Source: Candidatus Hodarchaeum mangrovi
GTDB taxonomy: Archaea; Asgardarchaeota; Heimdallarchaeia; Hodarchaeales; Hodarchaeaceae
Length of the DNA: 15,072 nt
NCBI GenBank assembly: GCA_016839515.1
Contig: JAEOUE010000130.1
Coordinates: 1 to 15,072 of the forward strand
Direction: 5' to 3'
Position 1 is the first letter of the stretch. Each line of letters begins with the position of its first letter. A model generated the notes under the pieces. It was not told the origin of the DNA. It made no database searches and worked only from the letters and a program-made list of their open reading frames with translations. Positions 7,444 through 15,072 of the stretch are shown here, piece by piece. A program made the translations under genes and the position numbers.

Positions 7444-10400
7444 ATGGAACTGGTGACTAAAAGAAGCACGGCTACTAAATTGGAGCCTATGTGTCTTGAA
7501 CATCCTCCAACTTCTAAAAAAATCGTACTGCCAAAAAAAGGACCTTTTGTAACTCTTGTAATCTTGTCAATATTTTTATTTAGTGTAATAAATGGGTCAG
7601 ATCAGTCTTCGATCAATCTGATCATCCCTCCAACAGATAGATCAGATTTAATTGGATATACAGCAAGAATCATTGATCTTGTCGCAACAAATGATGGGGG
7701 TCTAATATTTATCTATCGAACAGAAACCTGTGGAGGTATTGAGTATTTATTAGTAAAAACAAATAGTTCAGGTATGATTCAGTGGAAAAAATCTCTGATC
7801 GAAACTGGATCAGATTTGAACCTTTATCATATAATTCAAACTCTCGATGGATATGTTCTTGCTGGTGACAAAACTATCAAATACAGAAACTCGGAAATAT
7901 GTTTATTCAAAATCGATATGGAAGGTAACAAATTATGGGAGGTTATTTATAAAAATAATACGATTACCGAGATAATCCAATTAGAAGATGGAGGGTTTGC
8001 AATAGTTGGAAGAAATGGGGTAACAACAAGCTTGGGGTCAATTCCTATATTAATAAGAACTGATAAAAATGGAAATATGGTATGGAATCAGACTTTCAGT
8101 TCTTCCATTCAATTAAAGTCCTTAATTCAAATAGACGATGGATTTGTTCTCCTCGGTGGAAAACTTTCAGGATATAGAACTTACGCTGGAGGGGTTATTT
8201 TAATTAAGATAGATGAGGAAGGAAAAGTCCTTTGGAATAAAGATTACAATGAATTTGGACATCCAGGATATGTAGTAGCAAATAAGATTATTCAAACTGT
8301 AGATGGCATCATTTTCACTGGATTTGGGAAATGGACATCTACATATCAAATACTGATGATTAAAATTGATTCTGATGGGGAAGAAATCTGGAGAAGAGAA
8401 TTCGATTTATATGGACTTTTTGAGGAAGATCTGGATTTTCTTGATCAAATTCAAAACTTAATGCAAACTAAGAGCGGAGACTTGCTTTTTACTGGTTATC
8501 GCATGGCAGTACCTCTACGTACTCAGTTGATAAAAACTAACGACAATGGGACTATGCAATGGAATCAAAGTTATGTTGGCGTGTTCAGTAATTTAGTCGA
8601 AATGTCCGAGGGAAGTTATGCTCTTGCAGGCTATATTTCGATAGAGGGAACCACAGAGGCATGTGTAATCAATGTGGATAGAGATGGAACTGTACTATGG
8701 AGACGAGTCTACACAGGATCTGCTGTGGATGAGGACTGGGCAACAAGTGCAATACAGACTCAGGATGGAGGGTTCGCTTTTGCAGGCACTACTAGTTCTT
8801 ATGGGGCTGAAAAAACTGATATATGGCTTGTAAAAACTGACGCTTATGGACAAGTTGAATGGAATATAACTTTTGGGGCGGAGGGGGATGATGAGGCAAA
8901 TTATCTTTTCCAAACAGCCACGGGAGACTTTTTCCTAGTTGGATCTACCAAATCCCCGGGTTGGGTAGGGGATTGGTGGGGACCCACTAATAATTGGGAA
9001 ATCTTTATTGCAAAAGCAGATGCAACAGGCAATAGATTGTGGGAGAAGACCTACAAAGATTATCGGCCAGCGATATCTGGCCCGTACGCAGTTCAAACAT
9101 CGGATGGAGGAGTTGTTTGTGCGTGTATTTCGGATAGTGAAGGATTATGGCTAGCCAAAATTGATGGAAAAGGAGGGATTAAATGGGAGCAAACTTATAA
9201 CACTTGGCGTTGGGGTCGGTTTAAAGACAACTTATTCCAAGCAACTACTGATGGATTTATCATCGAAGGGGCTTTTGTCATGGGAGAAAAAACCATTGGT
9301 CCGAACGTATTTTCTGTACATGGAATATCAGCGATACAATTAGATTCCTACGGAAATATCTTATGGACTAAATTCCATAATAGTGAAACTAGCGAGTCTT
9401 TAGTCAAATTGGACGGACTCGGGAATATTGAATGGATCCAAAATTTTAGCAAAGTAACCAATTTCGTTTCCAACCTATTACGCTATGTTCAAAAAACTCC
9501 CGATAATGGCTTTATTTGCATCCTAGAAGAACATTATGATCCAATTCCAGCTGATCTTTTTGAACCAAATGAAGAGGAATATTACTATCTAGTGAAAGTA
9601 GATGCTCAAGGGATGATTACTTGGACAAAAAAATATCTATTTACTAAATTGAAAGCTGGACAGGGCATTGGTAATAAAATTTTAAATATGTACATAACCT
9701 TAGAAGGTGACTATCTCCTTATTCATGAAATTAATTTCGAATATCCTGAAATCCCTTTTTTCTTCTCCAATTTAATATTGGAGAAAGTGAATGCTCAAGG
9801 GGTCAGCCAATGGACTCAAACGTGGAATGGAACCTTATTCGAACCAGATTGGCGGGTACAATTATTTGATAAACATTCACCTATGGGTGGATATCCGTTA
9901 GCATTATTTCAATTGGAGGATGAAGATATTCTATTAGCAGGAGTTTTTACAACAGGAAGACTGTTCATTTCAAAAATTTCCTTGGAATTTGGGACTATCT
10001 TATGGAATCAAACATTACCTGAAGACTATTTAGGAGGTTTTAATGATCAGCTCAGTGAGCATTTTCTAGCCAAGTACAATCCATCCTTGATAGCAATTGG
10101 TGATTCATGGATAGTAAATATCCATCAGAATGGATCGCTTTTATGGAATTATTCCTTCTATCCTTTTCAGTTTTCCTCAGTAGTTCCAACTAATGATGAT
10201 GGATTTATCTTAGCGGGTCATGTATCAGCTATGCCAGGTCAGTATGGGGTCTCACGAGATGCTTTTGTTATGAAGCTCGATAAACATATGACAATTGAAT
10301 GGAGTCGCATTTATGGTTCGTCTAGTTCAGGAGTTTTTTGGAGCTATGAAATAGAGGAATCAACTCCTTCAAATGATTCTAATTTCGCTTCCTCGTTTCC

Positions 10401-10500
10401 TTTTCTATCTATTCTCTTGGTTCTTTGTGCTACGTCCTTTTATAAAAAAAAATCATCTTTCATGAATCGTTTTATTAAAAATCCACAGAAAGACAATTGA
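7444..10500 (+). CDS. large secreted multi-beta-propeller repeat protein with C-terminal membrane anchor
   Basis: N-terminal hydrophobic segment and many ~45-55-aa repeats (LxKxDxxGxxxW ... QTxDGGFxxxG). Ends in a Ser-rich linker, a TM (FPFLSILLVLCATSFY) and KKK. Start codon uncertain. Confidence 0.85.
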   Translation: MELVTKRSTATKLEPMCLEHPPTSKKIVLPKKGPFVTLVILSIFLFSVINGSDQSSINLIIPPTDRSDLIGYTARIIDLVATNDGGLIFIYRTETCGGIEYLLVKTNSSGMIQWKKSLIETGSDLNLYHIIQTLDGYVLAGDKTIKYRNSEICLFKIDMEGNKLWEVIYKNNTITEIIQLEDGGFAIVGRNGVTTSLGSIPILIRTDKNGNMVWNQTFSSSIQLKSLIQIDDGFVLLGGKLSGYRTYAGGVILIKIDEEGKVLWNKDYNEFGHPGYVVANKIIQTVDGIIFTGFGKWTSTYQILMIKIDSDGEEIWRREFDLYGLFEEDLDFLDQIQNLMQTKSGDLLFTGYRMAVPLRTQLIKTNDNGTMQWNQSYVGVFSNLVEMSEGSYALAGYISIEGTTEACVINVDRDGTVLWRRVYTGSAVDEDWATSAIQTQDGGFAFAGTTSSYGAEKTDIWLVKTDAYGQVEWNITFGAEGDDEANYLFQTATGDFFLVGSTKSPGWVGDWWGPTNNWEIFIAKADATGNRLWEKTYKDYRPAISGPYAVQTSDGGVVCACISDSEGLWLAKIDGKGGIKWEQTYNTWRWGRFKDNLFQATTDGFIIEGAFVMGEKTIGPNVFSVHGISAIQLDSYGNILWTKFHNSETSESLVKLDGLGNIEWIQNFSKVTNFVSNLLRYVQKTPDNGFICILEEHYDPIPADLFEPNEEEYYYLVKVDAQGMITWTKKYLFTKLKAGQGIGNKILNMYITLEGDYLLIHEINFEYPEIPFFFSNLILEKVNAQGVSQWTQTWNGTLFEPDWRVQLFDKHSPMGGYPLALFQLEDEDILLAGVFTTGRLFISKISLEFGTILWNQTLPEDYLGGFNDQLSEHFLAKYNPSLIAIGDSWIVNIHQNGSLLWNYSFYPFQFSSVVPTNDDGFILAGHVSAMPGQYGVSRDAFVMKLDKHMTIEWSRIYGSSSSGVFWSYEIEESTPSNDSNFASSFPFLSILLVLCATSFYKKKSSFMNRFIKNPQKDN

Positions 10501-10510
10501 GGAATTAAAA

Positions 10511-11866
10511 ATGAAAAGTACATTTAATACTGATACAATCAAAAAAATAGTTCTTTTACTAAGTTTTATTGGATTAATCCTAGGTTTCCAGAATTTGAAT
10601 AATTTTGCTGTAGGAGAACCGAATGGAAGAAATAACGTAAATTCTACGTCAACAATAATGTTCAATATGGAGTGGAATCAAACCTTTGGTGGATTAGCAA
10701 ATGACGGGGCAAGATCAATAATTGGTACAAGTGATGGGGGGTATGCCATTATCGGTTGGACCTATGGGTATATCAGTAATGAAGACATATGGCTAGTAAA
10801 AACGGACGCTAACGGTCAAGCACAGTGGAATACCACCTATGGAGGAATGAATACTGATAGTATTCGTCATCTTGCCACGGATACCCTGATTCAAACAGCT
10901 GATGGAGGATTTGTACTCTTCGGAGGCACTAAATCATATGGTGCGGGTGACAATGATTTCTGGCTAATAAAAACGGACGCTAACGGTCAAGTAGAATGGA
11001 ATACCACCTATGGAGGAGCACTTGCTGATTGGCCAGGATCGTTTATTCAAACAGCTGATGGGGGGTATGCCCTTACAGGAAATACTGATTCGTACGGTGC
11101 AGGTAATGTTGATGGCTGGTTGGTAAAAACGGACGTTAACGGTCAAGTAGAATGGAATACCACCTACGGAGGAACAGAATATGATAATTTATGGTCGGTT
11201 GTTCAAACAGCTGATGGGGGGTATGTCCTTGCAGGGAATACTGAGTCGTACGGTGCAGGTAATCGTGATGGCTGGTTGGTAAAAACGGACATTAACGGTC
11301 AAGCACAGTGGAATTATACTTACGGGGGAATAGAAACTGATTCCATTCCTTTCTTGATTCAGCTGGTTGATGGGGGTTATGTACTCGCGGGGAATACCGA
11401 ATATTATGGGCAAGCGGATTGGGGAGGCGCATGGCTACTGAAAATGGATGTTACTGGCCAAGTCCTGTGGAATTACACCTACGGGGGAAGAAATGTATTC
11501 TCATTGATCCAGACAGCTGACGGGGGATATGCCCTCACGGGGTATATTGCAATCGAAGGATCAGGGAAAGCAGAAGATTCTTGGTTGATAGATTGCTGGT
11601 TGATAAAGATAGACGCTAACGGTAAGATGGTTTGGGAAAAAATATTCGGTGGAAAAGAAATCGATGTCGGTAGTGATCTGCTCCAGGCTGCTGATGGAGA
11701 CCTAGTCATCGCAGGATGGACCGGTTCATACGGTGCAGGTAATAATGACATGTGGCTTTTGAAGACTGCTGATTCCCCGCCTCCTCCTGCTGCTCCGGGA
11801 TTGGAAGTCGTCCCACTGCTACTCGCTGTTTCAGTCCTGGTTTTCTGGCGTAGATGGAAAAAATAA
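10511..11866 (+). CDS. secreted 7-repeat beta-propeller surface protein with PGF-CTERM-like sorting signal
   Basis: Signal peptide, seven WNxT(Y/F)GG-type repeats, Pro linker, then APGLE + TM + RRWKK. Confidence 0.9.
   Translation: MKSTFNTDTIKKIVLLLSFIGLILGFQNLNNFAVGEPNGRNNVNSTSTIMFNMEWNQTFGGLANDGARSIIGTSDGGYAIIGWTYGYISNEDIWLVKTDANGQAQWNTTYGGMNTDSIRHLATDTLIQTADGGFVLFGGTKSYGAGDNDFWLIKTDANGQVEWNTTYGGALADWPGSFIQTADGGYALTGNTDSYGAGNVDGWLVKTDVNGQVEWNTTYGGTEYDNLWSVVQTADGGYVLAGNTESYGAGNRDGWLVKTDINGQAQWNYTYGGIETDSIPFLIQLVDGGYVLAGNTEYYGQADWGGAWLLKMDVTGQVLWNYTYGGRNVFSLIQTADGGYALTGYIAIEGSGKAEDSWLIDCWLIKIDANGKMVWEKIFGGKEIDVGSDLLQAADGDLVIAGWTGSYGAGNNDMWLLKTADSPPPPAAPGLEVVPLLLAVSVLVFWRRWKK
10788..11353 (+). 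repeat. intragenic tandem repeats, ~156-171 nt period
   Basis: Four occurrences of TAAAAACGGAC(G/A)(C/T)TAACGGTCAAG. 11046-11147 and 11202-11303 are identical at 95/102. Confidence 0.92.
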
Positions 11867-11867
11867 A

Positions 11868-12212
11868 AAAAATATCGATGGCGGTTATGCTATTGGAGCT
11901 GTAGGCAGTAGCGTTTGGAGTCCTTTATTAGTGAAAACGAATGTTAATGGTCAAAAAGAATGGGAAAAAGAATTTGGAGGAATGGATTCGGCCAAAGCAT
12001 TAGTCCAAACAACCGATGGTGGATATGTCATTACAGGGAATATAGATGGAGATGTGTGGTTATTCAAGATTACTCTATCGGAAATGACATCAACGACTCA
12101 ATCTGGACCAGGTTTTGAATATAACATCCTGATTCTCAGTATTAATCTCTTGTACATTGCACAGAAATGGAAACGAAGACATAAACTCGTCTTTCCCTCC
12201 TCTTTCTTATGA
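11868..12212 (+). pseudogene. orphan 3' fragment of a third beta-propeller paralog with intact PGFE anchor
   Basis: The frame is homologous upstream of the GTG (IDGGYAIGAVGSSVWSPLLVKTNVNGQKEWEKEFGG...GPGFE + TM + KWKRRHK). It starts mid-repeat right after the previous stop and has no signal peptide. Confidence 0.8.
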
Positions 12213-12239
12213 TCTGTCTTTGTTTTTATTATATTATAA

Positions 12240-12408
12240 GCGATCCTTATTAATCTTAATCAGGTTGCTCATGCCAAATATTATTTCCTACTATTTCGAG
12301 ACAGAATGAACAGTATACGAAAATCTATTTGATCATTTGCTATTTCAAAAGTGGTCTCTGATTGGGAGATCTGACCTTTAGGATTTTAAAAAAATTCTGA
12401 GTGAGCAT
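12240..12408 (-). pseudogene. probable decayed Lrp/AsnC HTH gene
   Basis: Minus-strand translation NDQIDFRILFILSRNSRK*YLA*AT*LRL fits the AsnC HTH pattern with three stops. The ATG at 12408 is out of frame across a homopolymer run. Confidence 0.45.
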
Positions 12409-12554
12409 TTATTGATTGAATGGTAGCTATAAATAAAAAGCATAAGATATATAACCAATAATGCTCGATTTGGGACCCCAAACAACTCACATTTTGATTA
12501 GCAAATTGTCTTACAACAATCTTTCATTAATTTTTATACTCTTAATTTTATGAC

Positions 12555-12676
12555 TTTTTTTCTTTCTTCGTCTCATTGCTTAAATAATTATTACATCTAA
12601 TTTTGTTGCCCTTGGTACTCATTTATTTATTTAAGATCCTTATTGAAAACAGGAACATCTTGCTGGTGAGGTTGAA
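12555..12676 (+). repeat. copy 3: AT-rich arm plus truncated FNR 3'-end copy
   Basis: 115/122 identical to 6453-6574, with an extra TGG->TGA. Similarity ends abruptly after GGTTGAA (12676). Confidence 0.96.
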
Positions 12677-12753
12677 TAATCGCTCCACGTAAGGTACAGA
12701 AAGAGCGCGGTGAGCGCACCACTAAGAAGCCCTCCATAAAATGCACCATCCAA
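12677..12753 (-). pseudogene. possible 5' fragment of a membrane-protein gene, cut off at repeat copy 3
   Basis: A TTG-started frame reads (M)DGAFYGGLLSGALTALFLYLTWSDY, one clean TM helix in locally GC-richer DNA, just downstream of a BRE-TATA. It then runs into the antisense of the repeat. Confidence 0.4.
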
Positions 12754-12811
12754 TGTTAAATTAATTAATAAATAACATTTTATATAAAAACTTTCGCCTA
12801 CCCAATGTTAA
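12750..12811 (-). promoter_or_regulatory. BRE-TATA promoter with operator-like repeats
   Basis: Minus strand CGAAAG-TTTTTATATAAAA (12796-12778). Inverted repeat AATGTTA-N14-TAACATT (12752-12779). Direct repeat CCAATGTTAA at 12750 and 12802. Confidence 0.65.
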
Positions 12812-13142
12812 TGAAGGCTTTTTATGCAAATTTTCTAAGATCATCCAGTTTGTAAGTTAAACAAAGTTACAGGCTATATTATGTATGTTCAGTTTTGGAT
12901 GTCAGATATTTCCACTCTGTTGATACCAATAATGTTGTAGTGTTACTGAAAATGTTAGATAGTGTCATACAGTAATTTAGGAGAGGTAAGTTACAAAAGG
13001 AACTTCTGTGACCCAAAATAGCCCCTTTTTCTACTCTATTGAAAATTTGAGTAAAAAATTCATTGAAAAGCTTTTTAGTTACTTCTTTCTAATTCTAGAG
13101 TATTGAAAAATCGGACAAAACAGATTAAAAAAGGTAAAATTA

Positions 13143-15072
13143 ATGGAAATAACAGAAGCTATTGAATTCTTCAAACAAGGACAATTAAAAAAGGCTTTAC
13201 AGGAACTAAATCAAGAAATAAAGAAATCAAATAGTAGTAAACTCCTGAAAGCTTTAATTCTTTATTATCAAGGACAATTTAAAGACGCCTATCAACTAGC
13301 GGACCGAGTACTTACTGAAGATCCTTCTAACATTGAATTGGAAGATGAATTCAAAGCTCATATTGTAAAGGTACATTCCAGTACTATTATTGCTCCTAGG
13401 AGAGATTCATTTACAGAGTTAAATACGGCTGAAAACTTGATTGAGGAATTACACCCAACATTTCTGGAAAGTGAGAAGATTTGGGTTGCAGAACTAAAAC
13501 TTATAAAAGGATTGCTCATTGAATTATTTTTTGGAGAAATAGATTTAGCCATAAATATTGAACATCAAGCATATGATCTTTTTACTGAAATTGGAGATTA
13601 TCGTGGAGCAGGTCGGGCACTGAACTTTATTAGTTGGATATATTTCTTTGAAGGCTTTTTAGAGGAATCTAAGAAATTCGCAGAGCAAGCTTTAGCTTTT
13701 TCTGAAAATGAAGGCATTAAAAGTGAATTAGTCTTTTCGTTAATTCGAATTGGGGACTATTATCTTTCTATAGGTAATCTTGAAGCTGCTCATAAAGCAA
13801 TACAGAAGGGAATCAATCTAATTCATGACACTGAAGCCAAATGGTTTGAGGGGGAGTTACGATTACTTCTGGGAAAGGTTTACTATCGTCAGGGAGAGTT
13901 TCAACAGAGTAAGGATGAATTTCAACATAGTATTCGATTAGCTGAGGAAATTGGTGACCAGCATCTTATGGCAAAAAGCATCCTTAACTTAGGAGATATT
14001 TTACTGATTAATGGGGATGTTCATGGAGCAATAGAAAAATTTCATCAAAGCTTCCGCATTTTTAGAGGATTAAAAGATTCAAATTGTTCTATTGATACTA
14101 ATTTAAAGCTGGGAAAAGCTTACATGCTTTTAAGGGAATTAAAATTGGCTTATCAACAATTTCAAAACAGTTTTACTCATCGTTTATGGAATAGGGTTGA
14201 TAATCAACCGACAAATGATATTCCTCTACACACTTTCGCTTATCCTGAAACTCTTTTTCAGCTTGTATTAGTCACCCTGGAATTAGAATTGATTAATCAA
14301 GCGAAGGAATACCTTGAGAGATTAGAAAAATTTCATGTGCGAGAAACTAATTCCCTCATTCGTTTTCAAACTAGATTAGCGAAAGCCTTGATTTTGAAAC
14401 GAAGTACACGACTCACTAGAAAAATAGAGGCTCAAAAAATCTTATATGAACTAGTAAATGAAAGAATGGTGGACCATAGCTTAACAGTTATTGCCATTCT
14501 GAATTATTGTGATATGCTAGTGGCTGAATTAAAATTTTCTGGGGAAGTAGAAGTTTTAAATGAAATTAACATCTTATTTCAAATGCTGATCGACTTAGGT
14601 CGGTCCAAGAATGCACCATTTGTTGAGATTGATGCTCTTCTCCTATGTTCTAAAGTGAGTTTAATTGAAGGAGATATTCGAAAAGCGAAGGCGTATCTTA
14701 CCCAAGCTCAAAATACTGCAGAAGATAAAGGACTTTCTTATTTATTATCAAAAATTATTCGGCAACAAGAGGCATTCGATAGTGAAGCAATCCAGTATTC
14801 TGATAAAACCCTTCTGAAGGAGCGACTTGAAGGAGTTCAACTTCAAGATTATATCGTTGAAACCCTGAAAGCAAGTTTTATTCAAGATCTAGGACGGCAA
14901 TTCTTTCCGATTTCGAGAATGGATCTCCAAGAAAAATACCAACTGATCTATCAAGACTATCTAAAAGAGCAAATTGATGCTCAGAAAAGTAAATATCGAG
15001 TGGGGATTGCTCAAATTGGCCTTTCAACACAACAGGATCTTCTTAGTGAATTCTATGAAGAATTTCACCCAG
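13143..15072 (+). CDS. TPR-repeat protein, probably fused to a C-terminal carbon-nitrogen hydrolase domain (partial, runs off the right edge)
   Basis: Open frame from ATG 13143 (MEITEAIEFFKQGQLKKA...) to the window end, 643 codons. It has ~40-aa TPR units (ALNFISWIYFFEG, SLIRIGDYYLSIG, LLLGKVYYRQG, SILNLGDILLING) and ends ...KYRVGIAQIGLS... The ORF track omits it because there is no stop. Confidence 0.88.
   Translation, partial: MEITEAIEFFKQGQLKKALQELNQEIKKSNSSKLLKALILYYQGQFKDAYQLADRVLTEDPSNIELEDEFKAHIVKVHSSTIIAPRRDSFTELNTAENLIEELHPTFLESEKIWVAELKLIKGLLIELFFGEIDLAINIEHQAYDLFTEIGDYRGAGRALNFISWIYFFEGFLEESKKFAEQALAFSENEGIKSELVFSLIRIGDYYLSIGNLEAAHKAIQKGINLIHDTEAKWFEGELRLLLGKVYYRQGEFQQSKDEFQHSIRLAEEIGDQHLMAKSILNLGDILLINGDVHGAIEKFHQSFRIFRGLKDSNCSIDTNLKLGKAYMLLRELKLAYQQFQNSFTHRLWNRVDNQPTNDIPLHTFAYPETLFQLVLVTLELELINQAKEYLERLEKFHVRETNSLIRFQTRLAKALILKRSTRLTRKIEAQKILYELVNERMVDHSLTVIAILNYCDMLVAELKFSGEVEVLNEINILFQMLIDLGRSKNAPFVEIDALLLCSKVSLIEGDIRKAKAYLTQAQNTAEDKGLSYLLSKIIRQQEAFDSEAIQYSDKTLLKERLEGVQLQDYIVETLKASFIQDLGRQFFPISRMDLQEKYQLIYQDYLKEQIDAQKSKYRVGIAQIGLSTQQDLLSEFYEEFHP

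Noticed and set aside
7534-7596. KKG followed by a hydrophobic stretch as a class III (pilin-type) signal peptide
   Set aside because: Pro at +1 does not fit the PibD consensus. An ordinary Sec signal or anchor is sufficient.
11046-11303. Near-identical repeat pair as a DGR template/variable repeat
   Set aside because: The seven mismatches are not adenine-specific, both copies are in-frame coding, and there is no reverse transcriptase.
11858-11872. A6-T-A8 run as a programmed frameshift joining the 451-aa gene to the orphan fragment
   Set aside because: The +1 frame is open, but the fusion would put a partial propeller after the membrane anchor, and no stimulatory structure is seen.
6705-12252. 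Extra att/dif-like cores at 6705-6732 (TAA-N6-TTAT) and 12243-12252 (GATCCTTATT)
   Set aside because: Too short to be distinguished from chance in AT-rich DNA.
2310-12676. Three-copy repeat as a CRISPR array or IS ends
   Set aside because: The copies are >100 nt, kilobases apart, direct rather than inverted, and derived from coding sequence. No cas or transposase gene is present.
1704-13552. Short overlapping ORFs (1704-1955, 4863-5048, 5279-5539, 6014-6220, 8695-8913, 9161-9343, 10453-10665, 10964-11146, 11189-11413, 11479-11751, 13358-13552)
   Set aside because: They are shadow frames of well-supported genes. The mutual similarity of 10964 and 11189 only reflects the sense-strand repeats.

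Overview
AT-rich archaeal window, most likely Asgard (Heimdallarchaeia-like). That assignment is inferred from the 16S 5' end, a tandem-Lrp regulator, PG(F/L)E-type C-terminal anchors and a long TPR protein. From the left it contains the 5' 384 nt of a 16S rRNA gene (minus strand) with a ~475-nt hairpin-rich leader and a TATA promoter, then a divergent cysteine-free TrxR-fold ferredoxin-NADP+ reductase-like (FNR) gene. The main unexplained feature is that the last ~100 nt of the FNR gene recur twice downstream (6500-6608 and 12603-12676). Both copies are preceded by the same 48-nt AT-rich arm, which is absent from the gene. They divide the region into two cargo blocks. Block 1 (~4.1 kb) holds an Lrp/AsnC regulator, two small genes and an ABC-2 exporter. 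Block 2 (~6 kb) holds an HTH/Cys regulator with palindromic operators, two membrane-anchored beta-propeller surface proteins, an orphan 3' paralog fragment and a probable Lrp remnant. The layout resembles tandem cassette accretion at a gene-3'-end att site, but no integrase is visible. A truncated minus-strand gene with a strong promoter abuts the third copy. The window ends inside a >643-codon TPR protein that the ORF track misses, apparently entering a nitrilase-like domain.
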